A stretch of 63,779 nt of DNA, filler included, from Vannella sp. (GCA_023345925.1; 7 parts of 7 records of this genome joined end to end with filler, not necessarily neighbours in it), one strand, 5' to 3'. Shown: positions 36,074-48,624, counted from the first letter of the whole stretch. Notes: generated from the letters alone by a model not told the origin. Translations and numbers: made by a program.

Positions 36074-37196
36074 ATGGCGGACTTCCTCTCGAAGCTTTGG
36101 GGTGCTCCTGAGCCTGTGAGGCCTCTGACACCCTCCTTTGCGTACACTGTGCCAACTTCAATCTCTCAGCAAGCAGATGAAGAGGAACCGCTGTTGGTGG
36201 ACGATCTGGAGGAGCTGGTTGCCCCCAGAACAGATCCTCCGAGGAAGAAGCTGTCTCAATCAGATCTGTCCAAGTCAGAGATCAGTTTGACACGCACGTG
36301 GTCGCCCTACCGTAACCTTCTCGTCTTTCTCTGCACTATTCTCCTCTGGTACGTCCCTTTCGAACCTTTTGCCTTTCTGAAGGCTCAGTCTTCCTTCTAG
36401 GCATCGCCCTGTAGCTCTAGTTGGTCTCTGTGTCCTCTCCCACGTCACTCTGTGGTATGGGGCCAAGCTAGTGATGTTCTACAACGTCTGGTACCTCGTT
36501 GCCAACCTTTTAGGGGTGCTCCTCTGCGCAGACTACATTTGCCACACCCGGCACATCACCTGGGACACCTTCTTGGCTCTCTTCCCTCATGAAACCAACG
36601 AGAGAGTGTCCTACTTCGAGATCGTCCAGCAGTTTGCTTCTTTGAAGAAGTTCGCTTCTGAGCAATGGAGGAGAGCTGCTCAGTTCCGTGAGGAGCAATC
36701 CTTTCAGTTCCTCATCAGTGGTCTGTTCTTCAACTTCCTCATCCTCTTCTTCCTGTCCCTCTTCAAGGTGTTCACGTTAATTTACTTCTCTGTGTTCACT
36801 CTCCTGCTACTTCCTGGCTTGTGGCACCACAACATGCTTCTGCGTGTGTATCGTTTCCTCTTCCCGGTTGTTGTTGACCTCTACAACAAGGCGAATGACC
36901 GCATTGTCGACTTGATCTCTCAGAAACCGTCTTCCTCTGCTCCTACTCGCCAGCAGCCTGAGCAGAGGCCACTCATAGTCCCTTCAACTGCTTTGCCTCC
37001 ATCCTTTGGAAGGGAAGGCAGTCCCAGACCCACAGGAACTCCCCAACGCCTTGCCAGCGGCGCTGCAGCTCCCCAAGCCCCAGGATCACCCCTCACTCGC
37101 CCTGCCTACCTCGACCAAACCTACACAATCCCTCCCGCAGATCCCCACTCCTTCCAACCTCTCCACACCACCGAACCCCGCAAACGGTATCAGTGA
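36074..37196 (+). CDS. Reticulon-homology ER membrane protein (ARL6IP1/RETREG-like)
   Basis: Two long hydrophobic hairpins; LLW|HRP, FREEQ and LLLLPGLWHH motifs; one intron; Pro-rich tail. Confidence 0.65.
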
Positions 37197-37289
37197 GAGG
37201 ATGGTTCAAAGGTCCAGCACGCCTGTACAAGGTGTAATGGATGAAAAAAGTGTTATTTTCATTGATTTTGGTCACTTTTAGGGGGAGCG

Positions 37290-39019
37290 ATGTTGGGAGC
37301 GGGCTCCTTCGCTGCCGCGCGGCCTCTTGCTTCAGTGCTCAGGACGAGTGTGCGAACCAACTTTCATTATCGACACTTTCTTCGGAAGGAAGGGAAGCCT
37401 GACTACAAGGCTTTATCGGGTGAGTGAGCTTGCGTCTGTGTCTGGATGATGGGGCAAGGCTGACCCGTGTCTCCTTTGTAGCTGATAAGGATCTTAAGGT
37501 TCTCTCCCAGAGTGAGATGAAGGAGGAAATGGAGCTCAAGGCTAAAGGAGACATCTTCTCTTTGACGGAGGATAGCCAGGATCGCATCTTGATGTTCGAC
37601 GATCCCAAGCAAGAGGAGAGCTTCCGCCAGTTGCTAAAGGACCCCAAGATGGCGCATTTAGCAGATATGGCCTTTTTCGACTTTCAGAAATATGAGAAGA
37701 ACAAGTACTCCTCCTTCACAGAGCGCATGAAGGTCACCATTGCAGAGGACGTTGGGCTCTCACACCCAGACATCGAAGAGGTCCAACAGTACCCCCTCCC
37801 CATTGCTGCAATGCATCCTTTTTTGGATCAATATGAGTTTGGGGAGGAACCAGAAGACCCCAGCGTGCCTAAGATCAAGATCCGAAGTAACCTTTTCGAT
37901 CAACTCGCCATTGACGATGATGAAGGCAAGTCATACGACCCTGAGCTCACTCCAGAGTACCACAAAGGCAACATGTTCCTTGCTCGCGGCCAAGAGGACC
38001 CTGAATACCAACGAAAGGAGGCTCTTACAGAACAGGTGTACCAGCAGCTGACCCGACTTCCACCGAACCGCAAAACAGAGCAGAAAGCGCAACTGTGGGC
38101 TCGCCATGCCTTCGATGAAGAAGCTCTCAGCGCTATGGTGGACGAGGAAGACAACCGGGTCAACTTGGTTCCTCATGACCCGGAGAACAAGATCGACTGC
38201 TCTCCAGCCCCAGAGTATGAGAACTACGAGGCATTTGTTAATGACTTGCTTGCCAAGCTTCTGCCAGAGGAGGGCTTCCTCAGGGTGGAACCTGCGTGGA
38301 AGTTCTACGCCATGGAGTGGGCTCACGGACATGGACTCTCCCCAGCTGCTGTAGAGCCTACAGACTCCTTCTACTTCCCAGAGGGACTCATCGTTATGCG
38401 CGTTGCCAAGTTCTTGAAGGTCCGCGACCAGTATCTTGACCCCGTTGCCCTGAAACAAGAGATTGAACGCATTGACACGCGCGCCTGGTTCATGCAAAAG
38501 TACTATCAGAAGGAGATCAGTGGTGAGGAAGAGGAGAAGTTGGCCTACTTGCGCGATGGTATCAAGGAGCGCTTCCTCCTCATCAACCTCCGCTTTGGAA
38601 CCTTCTCTGTTGCTCGGTACGATGAGGCAGTAGAACCCTCTCCAGCAGAATGGAACCCAGACATTGAACAGGGATCTACCATCGACCTCACAAAAGGAGA
38701 GATCTTCGAGAGGATGAAGAACGAACATGACCCTGCTTACATGCCGGTGTACCGCCTCCCACCCGAGTGGACAGTAGCGTGCAAGCAAATCAAATTCCCA
38801 CTTCAAGCAGGTACTGGTCTCACTGCACCAGAGAGAAAACTTCACGGACGGATGCGCATCCTCGAACGCATGCAACGAGATGACTCTCCTCTTCGTGCAG
38901 ACATGAGCGAGTTGGCACAGAACCTACCCTACCGCTACGAACCGAACCATCCTGTCTTCCGAGAAATACTTGACAGCCGACGCTACGAGGCATTCCCAGA
39001 CGACCAACGCTTGTTCTGA
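37290..39019 (+). CDS. Hypothetical protein with a mitochondrial presequence-like N-terminus
   Basis: MLGAGSFAAARPLASVLRTSVR.. exon, one GT-AG intron, then a long ORF; no family recognised. Confidence 0.7.
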
Positions 39020-39082
39020 GCACATAAACAACTTGAATGAACACTAACGCTGTATTACAGTGCTTACACTGATTGACTGTCC

Positions 39083-39823
39083 TTAGATCGAGACCTGTTG
39101 GAGGAAGATGGGAGCTTGGGGTTGAACGAACTGGTACTCAACAGGGACAGCAGTGTACTGGTGACCCTCAACCTGGATACTCTTCATGGGGATGGCGTGG
39201 ATGGTCTCTCCTGCAACAGCGCACTCGTCGTCAACAGGGCGTTGGGCCTTCTTGAGCAGACTTGCAACGCGGATAGTGATGACGACGATGTGGAGCTCAA
39301 GGCCAATTGCGATGATGCCAAAGAAGAGAATAGCGCAAGCAATGAGTGTACCAACAGTGATGGACACATCAACTGCAGTGGCGTCGAGGTTGATTTCCCC
39401 AAGTGAGGCCTCATAGGAGATGAAGCCCATGGCCAAAGCGACGAAGACAACAGAGACGATGACTCCCACGAAATCGAGGATCGCTTGGAGGGTTCTGATG
39501 GTAGCAAACTAGACGCTTGTTAGGAAGGAAGGGGAGAAAGCGCAGAACGCACAGCAATTAGAGTCTTTCGGCTGCGGCGTGTTGCACCGTACCAGCCGCA
39601 GTACAAAATAGCCAGACGGATGGAGAGTGCAATGAGAGAAGAGGGGAGGCTCCAGATGGCGAGGAAGCAGTCCAATACCTTTTTGGTGTGAGAATAGGCA
39701 TGCTCACGAATACCGAACAGAATGTCACGTAGTACGTACAGCAAATGCAATGATGTACTTTTGCAGAGTGACCGCATGCTTTCCAGCACGGTCAACACGC
39801 TGAAGCTCGAAGAACTGGCACAT
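39083..39823 (-). CDS. Small multi-pass membrane protein (about 4 TM), unknown family
   Basis: Spliced hydrophobic exons (two introns) and a C-terminal tail with YxxV motifs. Confidence 0.65.
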
Positions 39824-40021
39824 GCGGGTGAGGAGGGGAAATGAGCGTTTTCTCCAGTTCAGAAATTTCGGGAAAGGTGTGAATCACAGTAAAAGTTGAA
39901 GGGTTTATTAGGATCTGACATGGTTCAAAGGAGAGACGTCTCAAGCGGAGGAGCAAGAAGCTTCCGCTTGGGATGTCTCTTCAGAAAACCATGTCGAAAA
40001 GGGTATCACGTTCGGAACGGA

Positions 40022-40762
40022 TCAATTAGTGAGGATATCGATATCTTCCACCACAAATTTTGGTTGGTTGGCATACAAGACTGCTCGACAGTTCTGAGAA
40101 TCATAGAAAGAAACTTGTTTCTTTCCTGTCTCGTGTTTGTGGCCTGCGGCGTAAAGTTCTTCCAAAGAAGCACTGAAGGAGGTTGAGTTTTGTTTCTCGA
40201 AAGAGAGCTGGAGACGATGAGGTATCTTAGCTCCTCCAGCGGATTGGAGGGTTGGGAACAGATAGAAAGAGGCTCTCCCTTCTTGTGTAACACCGACGGT
40301 CAGTCTGGAGGTTGCTGCAACGGCAGTATTCCCCTCATCAGAAGCTGATAGCCCGAGGGAGGATGGGCCCGAGTTCGGTACCAGATTAGCCGTGATGGAG
40401 GTGATGCCAGGTTGGCAGGTCACGTCAATACGTCGGTACTTCCCTATCTTGTTCTTACGTGAGAACCGGACGCAGCTGGGTTCATCATAGTCACGTCGTC
40501 GCCCACCTTTACGGTGAATAGTCACGACACACAAGGGGTTGGGGGACTCAGTTCCAATATCGCATGGCCGGGGAGAGTGTTGTGGTGATAGGGATTGACC
40601 AAAGGCTTCAGAGTGGCTTCGTTTCTGTCCGAGGATGGGAGAAGGAGGTTCACTTGAGATCAATTGAGCGATGAACTCCTCATCAGTTTGATTGAAAGGA
40701 GTGGCCACAGGAACGTATTCGGGAATGAGGGGGCCTTGTTGGTAGGAGGTGTTGGTGGTGAT
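40022..40762 (-). CDS. 5'-partial hypothetical protein
   Basis: Reading frame open from the contig edge; low-complexity N-part then a basic globular region; no family recognised. Confidence 0.55.
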   Translation of the reverse strand: MTTNTSYQQGPLIPEYVPVATPFNQTDEEFIAQLISSEPPSPILGQKRSHSEAFGQSLSPQHSPRPCDIGTESPNPLCVVTIHRKGGRRRDYDEPSCVRFSRKNKIGKYRRIDVTCQPGITSITANLVPNSGPSSLGLSASDEGNTAVAATSRLTVGVTQEGRASFYLFPTLQSAGGAKIPHRLQLSFEKQNSTSFSASLEELYAAGHKHETGKKQVSFYDSQNCRAVLYANQPKFVVEDIDILTN

Positions 40763-40862
40763 NNNNNNNNNNNNNNNNNNNNNNNNNNNNNNNNNNNNNN
40801 NNNNNNTTAATTAATTAANNNNNNNNNNNNNNNNNNNNNNNNNNNNNNNNNNNNNNNNNNNN
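40763..40862. other. Artificial contig spacer
   Basis: N-run + TTAATTAATTAA + N-run. Confidence 0.98.
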
Positions 40863-41478
40863 CCTCCTTGCGAGTCAATGAGGATCACTCCTTCTGAGGG
40901 CAGCCAGGCATCGAAGGGGTCCTTCAGAACGGTCTTCCACCTTAGCAAGGGTCGGTTGGAGAGCGCTGTTGGTGTGGCCGAGGCCCAGTTGCCCTTTGGA
41001 GTTGTCACCCAACACCCAGAGGTCCTTCTTCGGTCTCTGCCACGAGGAACTGGTTTCCACAAGCCACCTTGATAAGTGGAGGGAGTCCTTCCACTCTTTG
41101 GGGAAGAGAACTCGCCCAAGAGAGATCTTTTTTGCTCGTCCACACCCAAAGGCCGCCTTCGGTGTCGATAGCGGCACTATGAGTGAAGCCAGCAGCCACC
41201 AAAGCGATGCAAGGTAAGTCTGGTATCCGTTGGAAGTCAAGATGGAAAGGGGAGGACCGAGAGCGACCAGCATCCCACACACCGCCCTCCGCATCAAGGA
41301 CGAGGGAGTGTTCGTCTCCCCAGTCCACCTGAACCGGCTGCGGGCCATTCCAGGGGACCCCTGCAGGTTCCCATTGCTCTACATTATGGCCGAGACCGAG
41401 TTGGCTCTCTTCGTTGTCTCCAAAAGCCAAAAGGCCCCCTTCGAGAGAGAGGAGGAGCGTGTGGCTACCAAAGGGCAT
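40863..41478 (-). pseudogene. Frameshifted RCC1-repeat paralog (3'-truncated by the contig end)
   Basis: Closely co-linear with 22224-23291 (VPWNGPQPVQVDWG, SAAIDTEGGLWVWT, SEGPLRCLAA) but the frame shifts after EEG and again after RCLAA. Could be sequencing errors. Confidence 0.65.
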
Positions 41479-41494
41479 TCCAATAAATGGGATT

Positions 41495-41740
41495 TCAGCC
41501 TTTTACAAGCGCTTGAGACATTCTACCCTCCGCATCAAGGAGAGAGTTTGCCATTCCCCAGACCACCTGAACCGGCTGAGGGCCATGCCAGGGGACCTCC
41601 ACTGGTTTCATTTCCATGCCCTCGTGACCGAGACCGAGTTGACCATGGGTGTTGTCTCCAAAAGCCAAAAGGCCCCCTTCGAGGGTGAGGAGGAGCGTGT
41701 GGTAGTCACCCTTGGGCATCCAATTAAATGCCACAGACAT
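41495..41740 (-). pseudogene. Truncated RCC1-repeat paralog (N-terminal fragment only)
   Basis: MPKGDYHTLLLTLEGGLLAFGDNTHGQLGLGH..VPWHGPQPVQV, stopping after about 80 aa directly upstream of the next copy. Confidence 0.7.
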
Positions 41741-41789
41741 AAGAGATGGCGTATTTTTCGATTCAGTTTAAGGGGTCCTCGTGGTTGGG

Positions 41790-42507
41790 ATGGCGGAAAG
41801 TGTTGTGAGTCCAAGTCGGGTAATTCTGAGCTTGGGGGTGCTCATGGTGTGTGCAGGACCTTTTTGAATGGATTGATAAGTCATCCGTGAGTTGCTTGAA
41901 TACAAAGTGAGCTTCCGTGAGAGTGGGAGTGTGCGGAGAAGTAATCTTGGAGAAGGGATCAGCCACTGGGCGTGTTCAGTGGATCTGGAGTGAAGAGTGA
42001 CTGCGACGAACAACTTTTGATTACCGTTGCCTTCACTACCCCTGTGGTCCTCACGGATCTCACCTTCTCCGCTTCCGATCCTTGTAAGAGCGACTCTCAG
42101 CCTCCTCCTTCCTCTCCTTACATCCAACTTGCAGCTCGTGCACCTCGCACAGTGAAGCTGTTTGGGAATGCCATCAACATGGACTTTGACGACTGCGAAT
42201 CGCGCGTTCCCTCCACCGAACTGGACTTGTCCCGTGGTAAGACGATTCAAGAGTTGAGGATCCTCTCTCACTTACCAATAGCGGACTTGGGAAAGGCGCA
42301 GACCTTGTTACTCGCAAAGTTCAAGCGCGTCACCTCTCTTACCGTACAAACTTTCCTCCTCTTTCTTGTGTGGGGCCTAATGGTTGGTCCTAGGTCTTCG
42401 TTGAGGATAACCAAGATGAGGGAGATGTTACTGTTATCAACAAGATCCTCCTTCGAGGATATCCGCTGGCGGGGACAGAGATGAAGAACCTCAAGAAGGT
42501 TGGCTGA
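41790..42507 (+). CDS. Stand-alone PITH-domain protein (TXNL1 C-terminal-like)
   Basis: Spliced sequence DLFEWIDKSSVSCLN..SDCDEQLLI..APRTVKLF.N..MDFDD..KFKRVTSLT|VFVEDNQ..MKNLKKVG. Confidence 0.88.
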
Positions 42508-42861
42508 GCTTAAGCCCGTTGTCCTTTTAGGTACAACGGGCCACCGGTCACACAAGCACATAAGGCAAGGCTTCTTTACTCCTGATGGAGACACCATGAA
42601 GCGTCGGAGGTCATCTCACCGAGCCCACCGATGCTGAGAACATACAGAACGTTGCCTTTCCCTCACAACCTCCTTAATGAGATGGAGGACAAGATGGATC
42701 GCCCCTTGGATTGAACAGATGGTTCAGTGGCCCTCCTGCTGAGGACCAACGCGAGGAGGTCGACACTGGGGTGGGGTCGCGACTTTGATGAGTGTCTTCA
42801 TTATCTATCAGTCTTCTGCGATGTCCGCCCTGAGTCTTGAAGGGGAGCTTTCAGGAGCGGT

Positions 42862-44599
42862 TTATGAGTGCGAAGGGGTCGTTTGAGTGGACTTCTTGAT
42901 CGCGTCAAACCCACCCGCAACTGAATGGCCTGCGAGTTCGAGAAGATCTGGACGGTCCCGAACAATCAGACGCATCGATCTCCACACAAAGAGAGGGTCG
43001 CTCTTGAGAAGCTCATCCTCTTCTACCTCCATCTCGTCCTCCGCTTCCCTCTTGAGTGCTTCCACTACGAACTGTTGTGCTGTTGGTTCGATAGCCTGGG
43101 CGAGACGTTAGGTCCCTCGAGGAGAGGTGCTGGCGGGGAACCACTCACACTTGTGTCGATGCAGTCGTTGTCCTCGCTGAAGTTCCAGATCGAGGAGAGC
43201 GCGGGAACACCCAGATCCCATGGCTTCTCTCCCTTGGATTGAGGTGGAGTCAGTGCTTTGGCACTGGGGTTGATGGTGTTGGCAGGCTCTTTCTCGAAGG
43301 AAGGGCAGCCGTCCTTCTTCCACTTGATCCAGTACTTTTCTGTCGCTAATGATCGTTGAACAAGAGAAGAAAAGTCCTTCCCGTGCCCCTCCTCGAGTGC
43401 ACTATCGACCTTTCGCTTGAGTTTCACTAAAGTAGCGACTTGCTGCTCATTCAGCTTGTCTACATAGCTTGATTGCATAGCATGGATGAGGATAGAGAAC
43501 TGGACAAGCACCTGCCGTTGGAAGTGAGCGTCTCCGGTCTGTAAACTGAGAAGGCGCGTGCTTGTTAGGTACTTGAAGTAGGGCGGGCAGCCTGACAGGA
43601 CGGACCGGACCTCTCCTTCCTCCTCGTCCACTTCCATAGCTCCCTCACTGGGCTTTGGTCCTGTCTGAGCCCGTCTGATGGGCCATCCAGCAAAGGCGTT
43701 GATGACTTCCATTGCCGCGACGAAGAAGCTGGAGAACGTCTCCCCAGAAGAGACCACAGCCAAGGGGTTCTGGAAGTAGCTTTGAAGGCTCCAAAAGGTG
43801 CGATAGAACTTAAAGTCGATCGGCCTTGAGTCTCCAGGAGCCAAGTTCATGTCATCAGGAAGTTCCGTCTCAAACTCTGTCACATTCTCCTTGTTGCAGT
43901 CTCCTCTCCTGTTCACTCCTGAGCGATCAGATATGGGTATTCCTGCTGCAAGGAAAAGAAGGATGCGCCCCTTCAGGTGAACATTGGCGGACTGTGAGAA
44001 GCGTGAAAGCAGGGCAATGTTCGTCCTGAGAAAGCGTGTTCCTGCTTTGGTCTTGTATAACGGTCGAAAAGCCTCTGCTCGAGACTCAAACAAGTCAAAC
44101 ACTTCCCCCAGGATCAGCAAGAAGGCGTCACACTCGAGAATGCTCACCATCCTCGACTTGTTGCAACGTGAGCATCTCAAAGGCATCCTCCATCAGAATG
44201 AAAGGAAGCACCTCGGTGGCATACCCTTGATTGATACACCAGATGCTCAGATCGAAGAGGCGGGTCATCGTATCTCGGAGGGACTCAATCGAGTTCAAAT
44301 GCTCGATCTTGAGAGTGTAAGGCGATGATGGGATAAGTTGAGCGGGTTTACCATCTGCATCTCCAAGTAGATCCGAAAGGCGTACTCGAATGGCGGTGGG
44401 AACACTTCAGAAGAGGGTTTACCCTCCCGAAAGTACTCGGGAAACGTTGCACTGAGCTGCAAGACGGCTCTCCCGAATGCGTCCGGATGGTGGTGGCCAT
44501 CAAACACTCCCTACACACACTTGAGTCCATGAGCCACCCCACATGACCACAAACCATCAAATCGCGGACGAATCCCTCCAACGTCGTGTTGCTGACCAT
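42862..44599 (-). CDS. THOC1: THO complex subunit 1 (Hpr1)
   Basis: GRILLFLA..PISDRSGVN..G..N.ENVT, FYRTFWSLQSYF.NP, KYLTS.RLL.LQ..D..F.RQVLVQ, E.YWI.WKKDGC..F, and VWRSMRL; multi-exon. Confidence 0.9.
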
Positions 44600-44745
44600 C
44601 AAAAAATGTATTTAATTTATTTATTTAGAAGCAGCAGCAATTGGACAACAATTTACATGAAGTACTACAAGCAAACGACCGACTGGCCGTATCTTCCACG
44701 AACGGGCCGTAAGGCAGGTTATCAGCATAACATGTCGGGTGATGC

Positions 44746-45201
44746 TCAGTAGGTGGATCGGAAGTCTTGGGAGGCGACCAGGAGGTGGAGGGGGGAGTAA
44801 ACGATTTGGTCCTTGGTGGTGAAAGACATGTCCAAGTACCAACCAGTGGAGAAGCCAATGTCATCAAGTGCGCGTACATCTTCCACGGAACGAATTACTG
44901 TGTTGTGAAGGGCTCCAAAGAGACGAACAACTCGCCAAAACACGGTTCCGTCTCCCTCCTCGGTCTTTTGAGGATAGGACCCTCCGTCCAGTAGCTCACA
45001 TGATAGCCGAGCAGAGAAGCCTTCTGAGGAAGGGTTCCCAGTCGGAAAGAGGCTGTAGGAGAACTGCATGTCGGAGCTGGCCAGCCATGTTTGGATGCGA
45101 AAATCGGATGGTTGCTGTGTGGAGATCACTGTGGTGAGGTCTTGCGGAATCTCCCAGACATTGCGTGTTGGATGGAGTCGTTGTACCACTGTGTTGAACA
45201 T
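44746..45201 (-). CDS. Hypothetical protein (151 aa)
   Basis: ATG-initiated ORF filling the gap between two genes; no motif recognised. Confidence 0.45.
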   Translation of the reverse strand: MFNTVVQRLHPTRNVWEIPQDLTTVISTQQPSDFRIQTWLASSDMQFSYSLFPTGNPSSEGFSARLSCELLDGGSYPQKTEEGDGTVFWRVVRLFGALHNTVIRSVEDVRALDDIGFSTGWYLDMSFTTKDQIVYSPLHLLVASQDFRSTY

Positions 45202-45333
45202 GCCAGCGAGGATAAAAATGGTTACTTTTGCATCCCCCTTTTGGGGTAGAGAGCCAGAAGCAAAAAGTCTATTTATGGTGCGAGAAGGTTTGGTTCCCCT
45301 TTTATGGACATTTTCGTGGAAATAGAAAGTTCT

Positions 45334-45995
45334 TCATTTGGAAGGTGTTTCGCTGTTTCCTTGTCCGATTCGATTGCTGATGTTGGCAAGCTCCACAATC
45401 AGGACTATAGCTTGGATGGGATGGGATCAAGGGTCAGGATGTTCATCATTGGAGAAAGATCTGCGCTGGGACACCTACCTCGCTCAAATGCATGTTGGGA
45501 GGCTCGAAGGGTTGATGGAGGGAGTCCAGAGAACCAGTAGAGAGGGTTGGGTGGAGTTATGGGACTGGATGGGGTCTCTTGTGGCCCAGGTGAAGAAGTG
45601 GCGGACGCTTTCCGGTTGCGGATGGTGCTTTCGTCCTGTTCCTTTTGCTTGGAGTGTGTAGGATTCATCAACATCAACCTTCCATCATCATCCTGCTCTC
45701 TATCACACCGATCGAGTTAGCAACTCCCCTAGAGAGAGGGACGCACGGACAGAACCTTCGTGGCCTTCATCCTCATGTCGTACGACATCGGGGAGACAAT
45801 GTGAGCCCCGAGAGTGTAACGCGCTTTACTGAGGTTGAGGTTGCCCTGTTACACCTTATGAGATCCGAGTTCGGCCAAGAAGAAACCCACCACCCGAAGT
45901 AGCTCCCTCAGCTCTGCATGGATCGCTTGATACTCGTCATACAACCCGAGTTTCTCCAGAAGAACGCGATCCCGCTCCTCGTCCAGAGAGGGCAT
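45334..45995 (-). CDS. CCDC115: V-ATPase assembly factor CCDC115/Vma22
   Basis: Spliced GNLNLSKARYTLG...SPMSYDMRMKA and NPLYWFSGLPPSTLRASQHAF...VELAN motifs. Confidence 0.8.
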
Positions 45996-46043
45996 CCACC
46001 AGCAGGCGCGAGGAAGGAAATGGCGAAGGCTTGGGTCAAGAGT

Positions 46044-48541
46044 TTACTGAATGGCGAATTGGTCCACGGCTTTGTACTTGGGATAGTATCTCGCTGTGGC
46101 AAAGCCCGAGAGGAGTCCTCCCAAAGTCATGCAAATGAACCCGACCGCGATGAGGAGCAAGCAGAAGGCCCACGTGGAGATGGAGATCGTGTTGCTGCTT
46201 TCAGTGACATCAGGGACATTCTCACAGGCGGGACAAGGTGTACAGCTGTAAGGGCACTGGCTCCAGAGTTAGTCTCTCTCCTGGGGAGGATCCCGCTGTC
46301 ATCCGGCTGGAGAACTTACATTCGGGGACGTACAGCCAGTCAGAGAGAACTGACAGTTTGCTGGAAGTGCGTAAGGACAAGGTTGGCATGAATCAGTTCC
46401 AAAGGAGCTCTTGTAGTACCCGGCAGTACATTGTGAGCAGGTTCCATCAGCCGACATTTCATAGCCTGGGAAGCAAGACGTGACCTCACACATCGTGCTT
46501 TAGCCATGTTAGAAGTCGTCTTGGGAGCCTATTCACTTACGTGACGTTGCCTTGAACACAGATGAAGGCTCCTTCCCCGTTGTCCACGGTACATTGCTGC
46601 GTGATCTTGCCTGTACATTGGCTGAAGAAGGGGACTACCTGCTTCCAGATGGAAGTGTGGTTCTCAAAGGGCTGCTCGTAGAAGACCTGATAGTCCGCAG
46701 GAAGGTAAACAAACTCCTGAGGGACCGAGTCCACCTCGATATTCTCCCACTGCCCCAAGACTTGTCACTCAGGTGCGTAGAGGAGTGGCAGTGTAGCTTA
46801 CCCCAAAGATCTCTCGGATAGCAAAGCGGAAGTCAGCAGTGGTGGGGAGAGGAGGAGGGATAGCTGAATCGCTTGTGAGGCCATAACGGTCGGTCAAGTC
46901 GTAAATGTACTTGAGATGGACCACCTCTCCACCAGGGAATGATGTGAAAGAGGGCTGCTGTCCTCCAAGAACACCTCCTGTTGTGACTGTCTTCACTCGA
47001 TGAGCCAGCTGGAGGTGACGAGAGAACACAGCGCAAGTGCTTCCACAAAGACCGTCCGACACGAGGATGATATTTGTTGCTGGCAAGCCCAACTTGACAG
47101 CTTGGCCTGGAATCCACCTAGTGAACTCAACAGAGCAGTCCTGGGTCACAAAGGCAGAGTAATCGCCAACGATTCCCCCGCGTCTCACCCTCTTGCCAGG
47201 GAGGAACCAGGAGTCATCGAAGTACTGATCTCCTGAGTACCAGTCCTTCCATGCACAAGGTGTAAAGTATCCAGCTACCTCAGGGTCGACCCCACAGAGC
47301 TGGCGCGACACATTCGAGCAAACTTGCTGCCCAGCCGCTTCCGCGAACGTCTTGAACAAGGTCGATCCCTTCAAGTCGTACGCTCCAGTGGACTGAACAA
47401 GGTCAGGGAAGAGGAACTTCTCCAACGCATAGCCGAGGCAGATGCTCCCTCCTCCGTTCTGTGAGACGTCAATGATAAGACGCTCGGCTTTCTTCTCGTT
47501 GAAGAAGCAGACGGCTTCCTCTGCGGTTGCTATCCAAGCACGACGATCTTTGGGTGCAAAGGTGTAGACACGAAGGACGGCAGTCTTCTGGTCAAGCATG
47601 GTGTAGTAGATGTCCGGATTCCCTTGAGGCTCCTCGTTGTCACGGCTGCTGTCGACCCCAAAGGCCTTCTCTAAGAACTGGAGTTGGTGTACACCCACCT
47701 TAGAAGACTCAACAGCATGAGAGATCGCTGCAGCATCGAGGAAGGAGGGGTCATACACGCCCATCCAGTTGACCTGGACTGTCTGCGTTTCCCCGCTTGT
47801 TGGATTGACGAGGGCAAGGCTCATCACACCAGACGTTGGAATACCTTGGAGGGATTGGTTGCGGTAGGTGAACATGGGCCGGGATGAGCCACCGTAGCCA
47901 TCAATGGCCAGGTTAAAGCGGGCGCTGTAGTCTTTGGAGTATCCCACAGAGCTGTTGGCGAAGCTCCCAATGCTCGTGACAGCTTCTATCCCATCGATAG
48001 AGGCAACTTGGAAGTGGTTAATGGCACCGAGAGGGGGGTACAAGGTCTCGTACTGGACCATCAGAGAAGGGTCGAGTGTGAGGAAGATCTTTTGGGTGAG
48101 GGGTGACCCGCTGACTCGGGAGTAGAGTTTGAAGGGTACTGCAAAGGCAGAGGCACAGTAGGGCTCAAGTGGCTTGGTGTAGCGAGTGTGGGCATCCTGC
48201 AACTGGGCGAAAAGTGACGCGAAGGACTGTTGGAGCTGCTCGTCGGAGGTGTAAGTGGTCTCAGCAATCTCATCCAGCTCTGTTGAAAGATCGACATTCA
48301 TGGGGATATGTACTGGATCAGCAGAGCTTTGGGACGAGTCCACAAAGACGTAACTCGGAATGATTCCGCGCAATGTCTCCACCGTCCGGTCCCGGACCGT
48401 CCTGCTGTAAGGGGCGCTTCTCAAACACTCAGAAAGGTCCGTATAGCTCTGGTAAGTACTATTGGCATTGCAAGATTGCCCTTCGACGCTAGCAAGAAGA
48501 CAGACGACGAGACAAGCCCAAAGCCCAAACACCCTCCCCAT
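46044..48541 (-). CDS. S41-like peptidase with Cys-rich stalk and C-terminal TM
   Basis: Signal peptide; LQDAHT, LIIDVSQNGGG, SDGLCGSTCAVF; downstream exons give C..C.AGYYKS..G.DSC..C, a TM (TWAFCLLLIAVGFICMTLGGLLSGF) and a tail ending YKAVDQFAIQ. Confidence 0.82.
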
Positions 48542-48624
48542 CGCGCCGAGAAGAAATGATTGTTTTCGGACATCTCCAGAGAGAGTTGTGTTGGTTTATT
48601 TATTTGCTCAAGTGGGTCACTTTA

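Noticed and set aside
37931..38875. Long antisense ORFs (37931-38875, also 172-864, 58902-59561, 56060-56677)
   Set aside because: They shadow real genes on the opposite strand and show no protein motifs.
42505..42640. Possible selenoprotein: PITH gene ends TGA-GCT-TAA with a downstream ATGA...TGAG stem resembling a SECIS
   Set aside because: MKNLKKVG is a plausible normal C-terminus for this family, and the stem lacks the apical AA at the expected distance.
42508..42861. RNase MRP/P or U3 identity for the structured interval
   Set aside because: CR-I/CR-V-like strings on the minus strand do not form a proper P4 helix, and U3 A/B boxes were not found.
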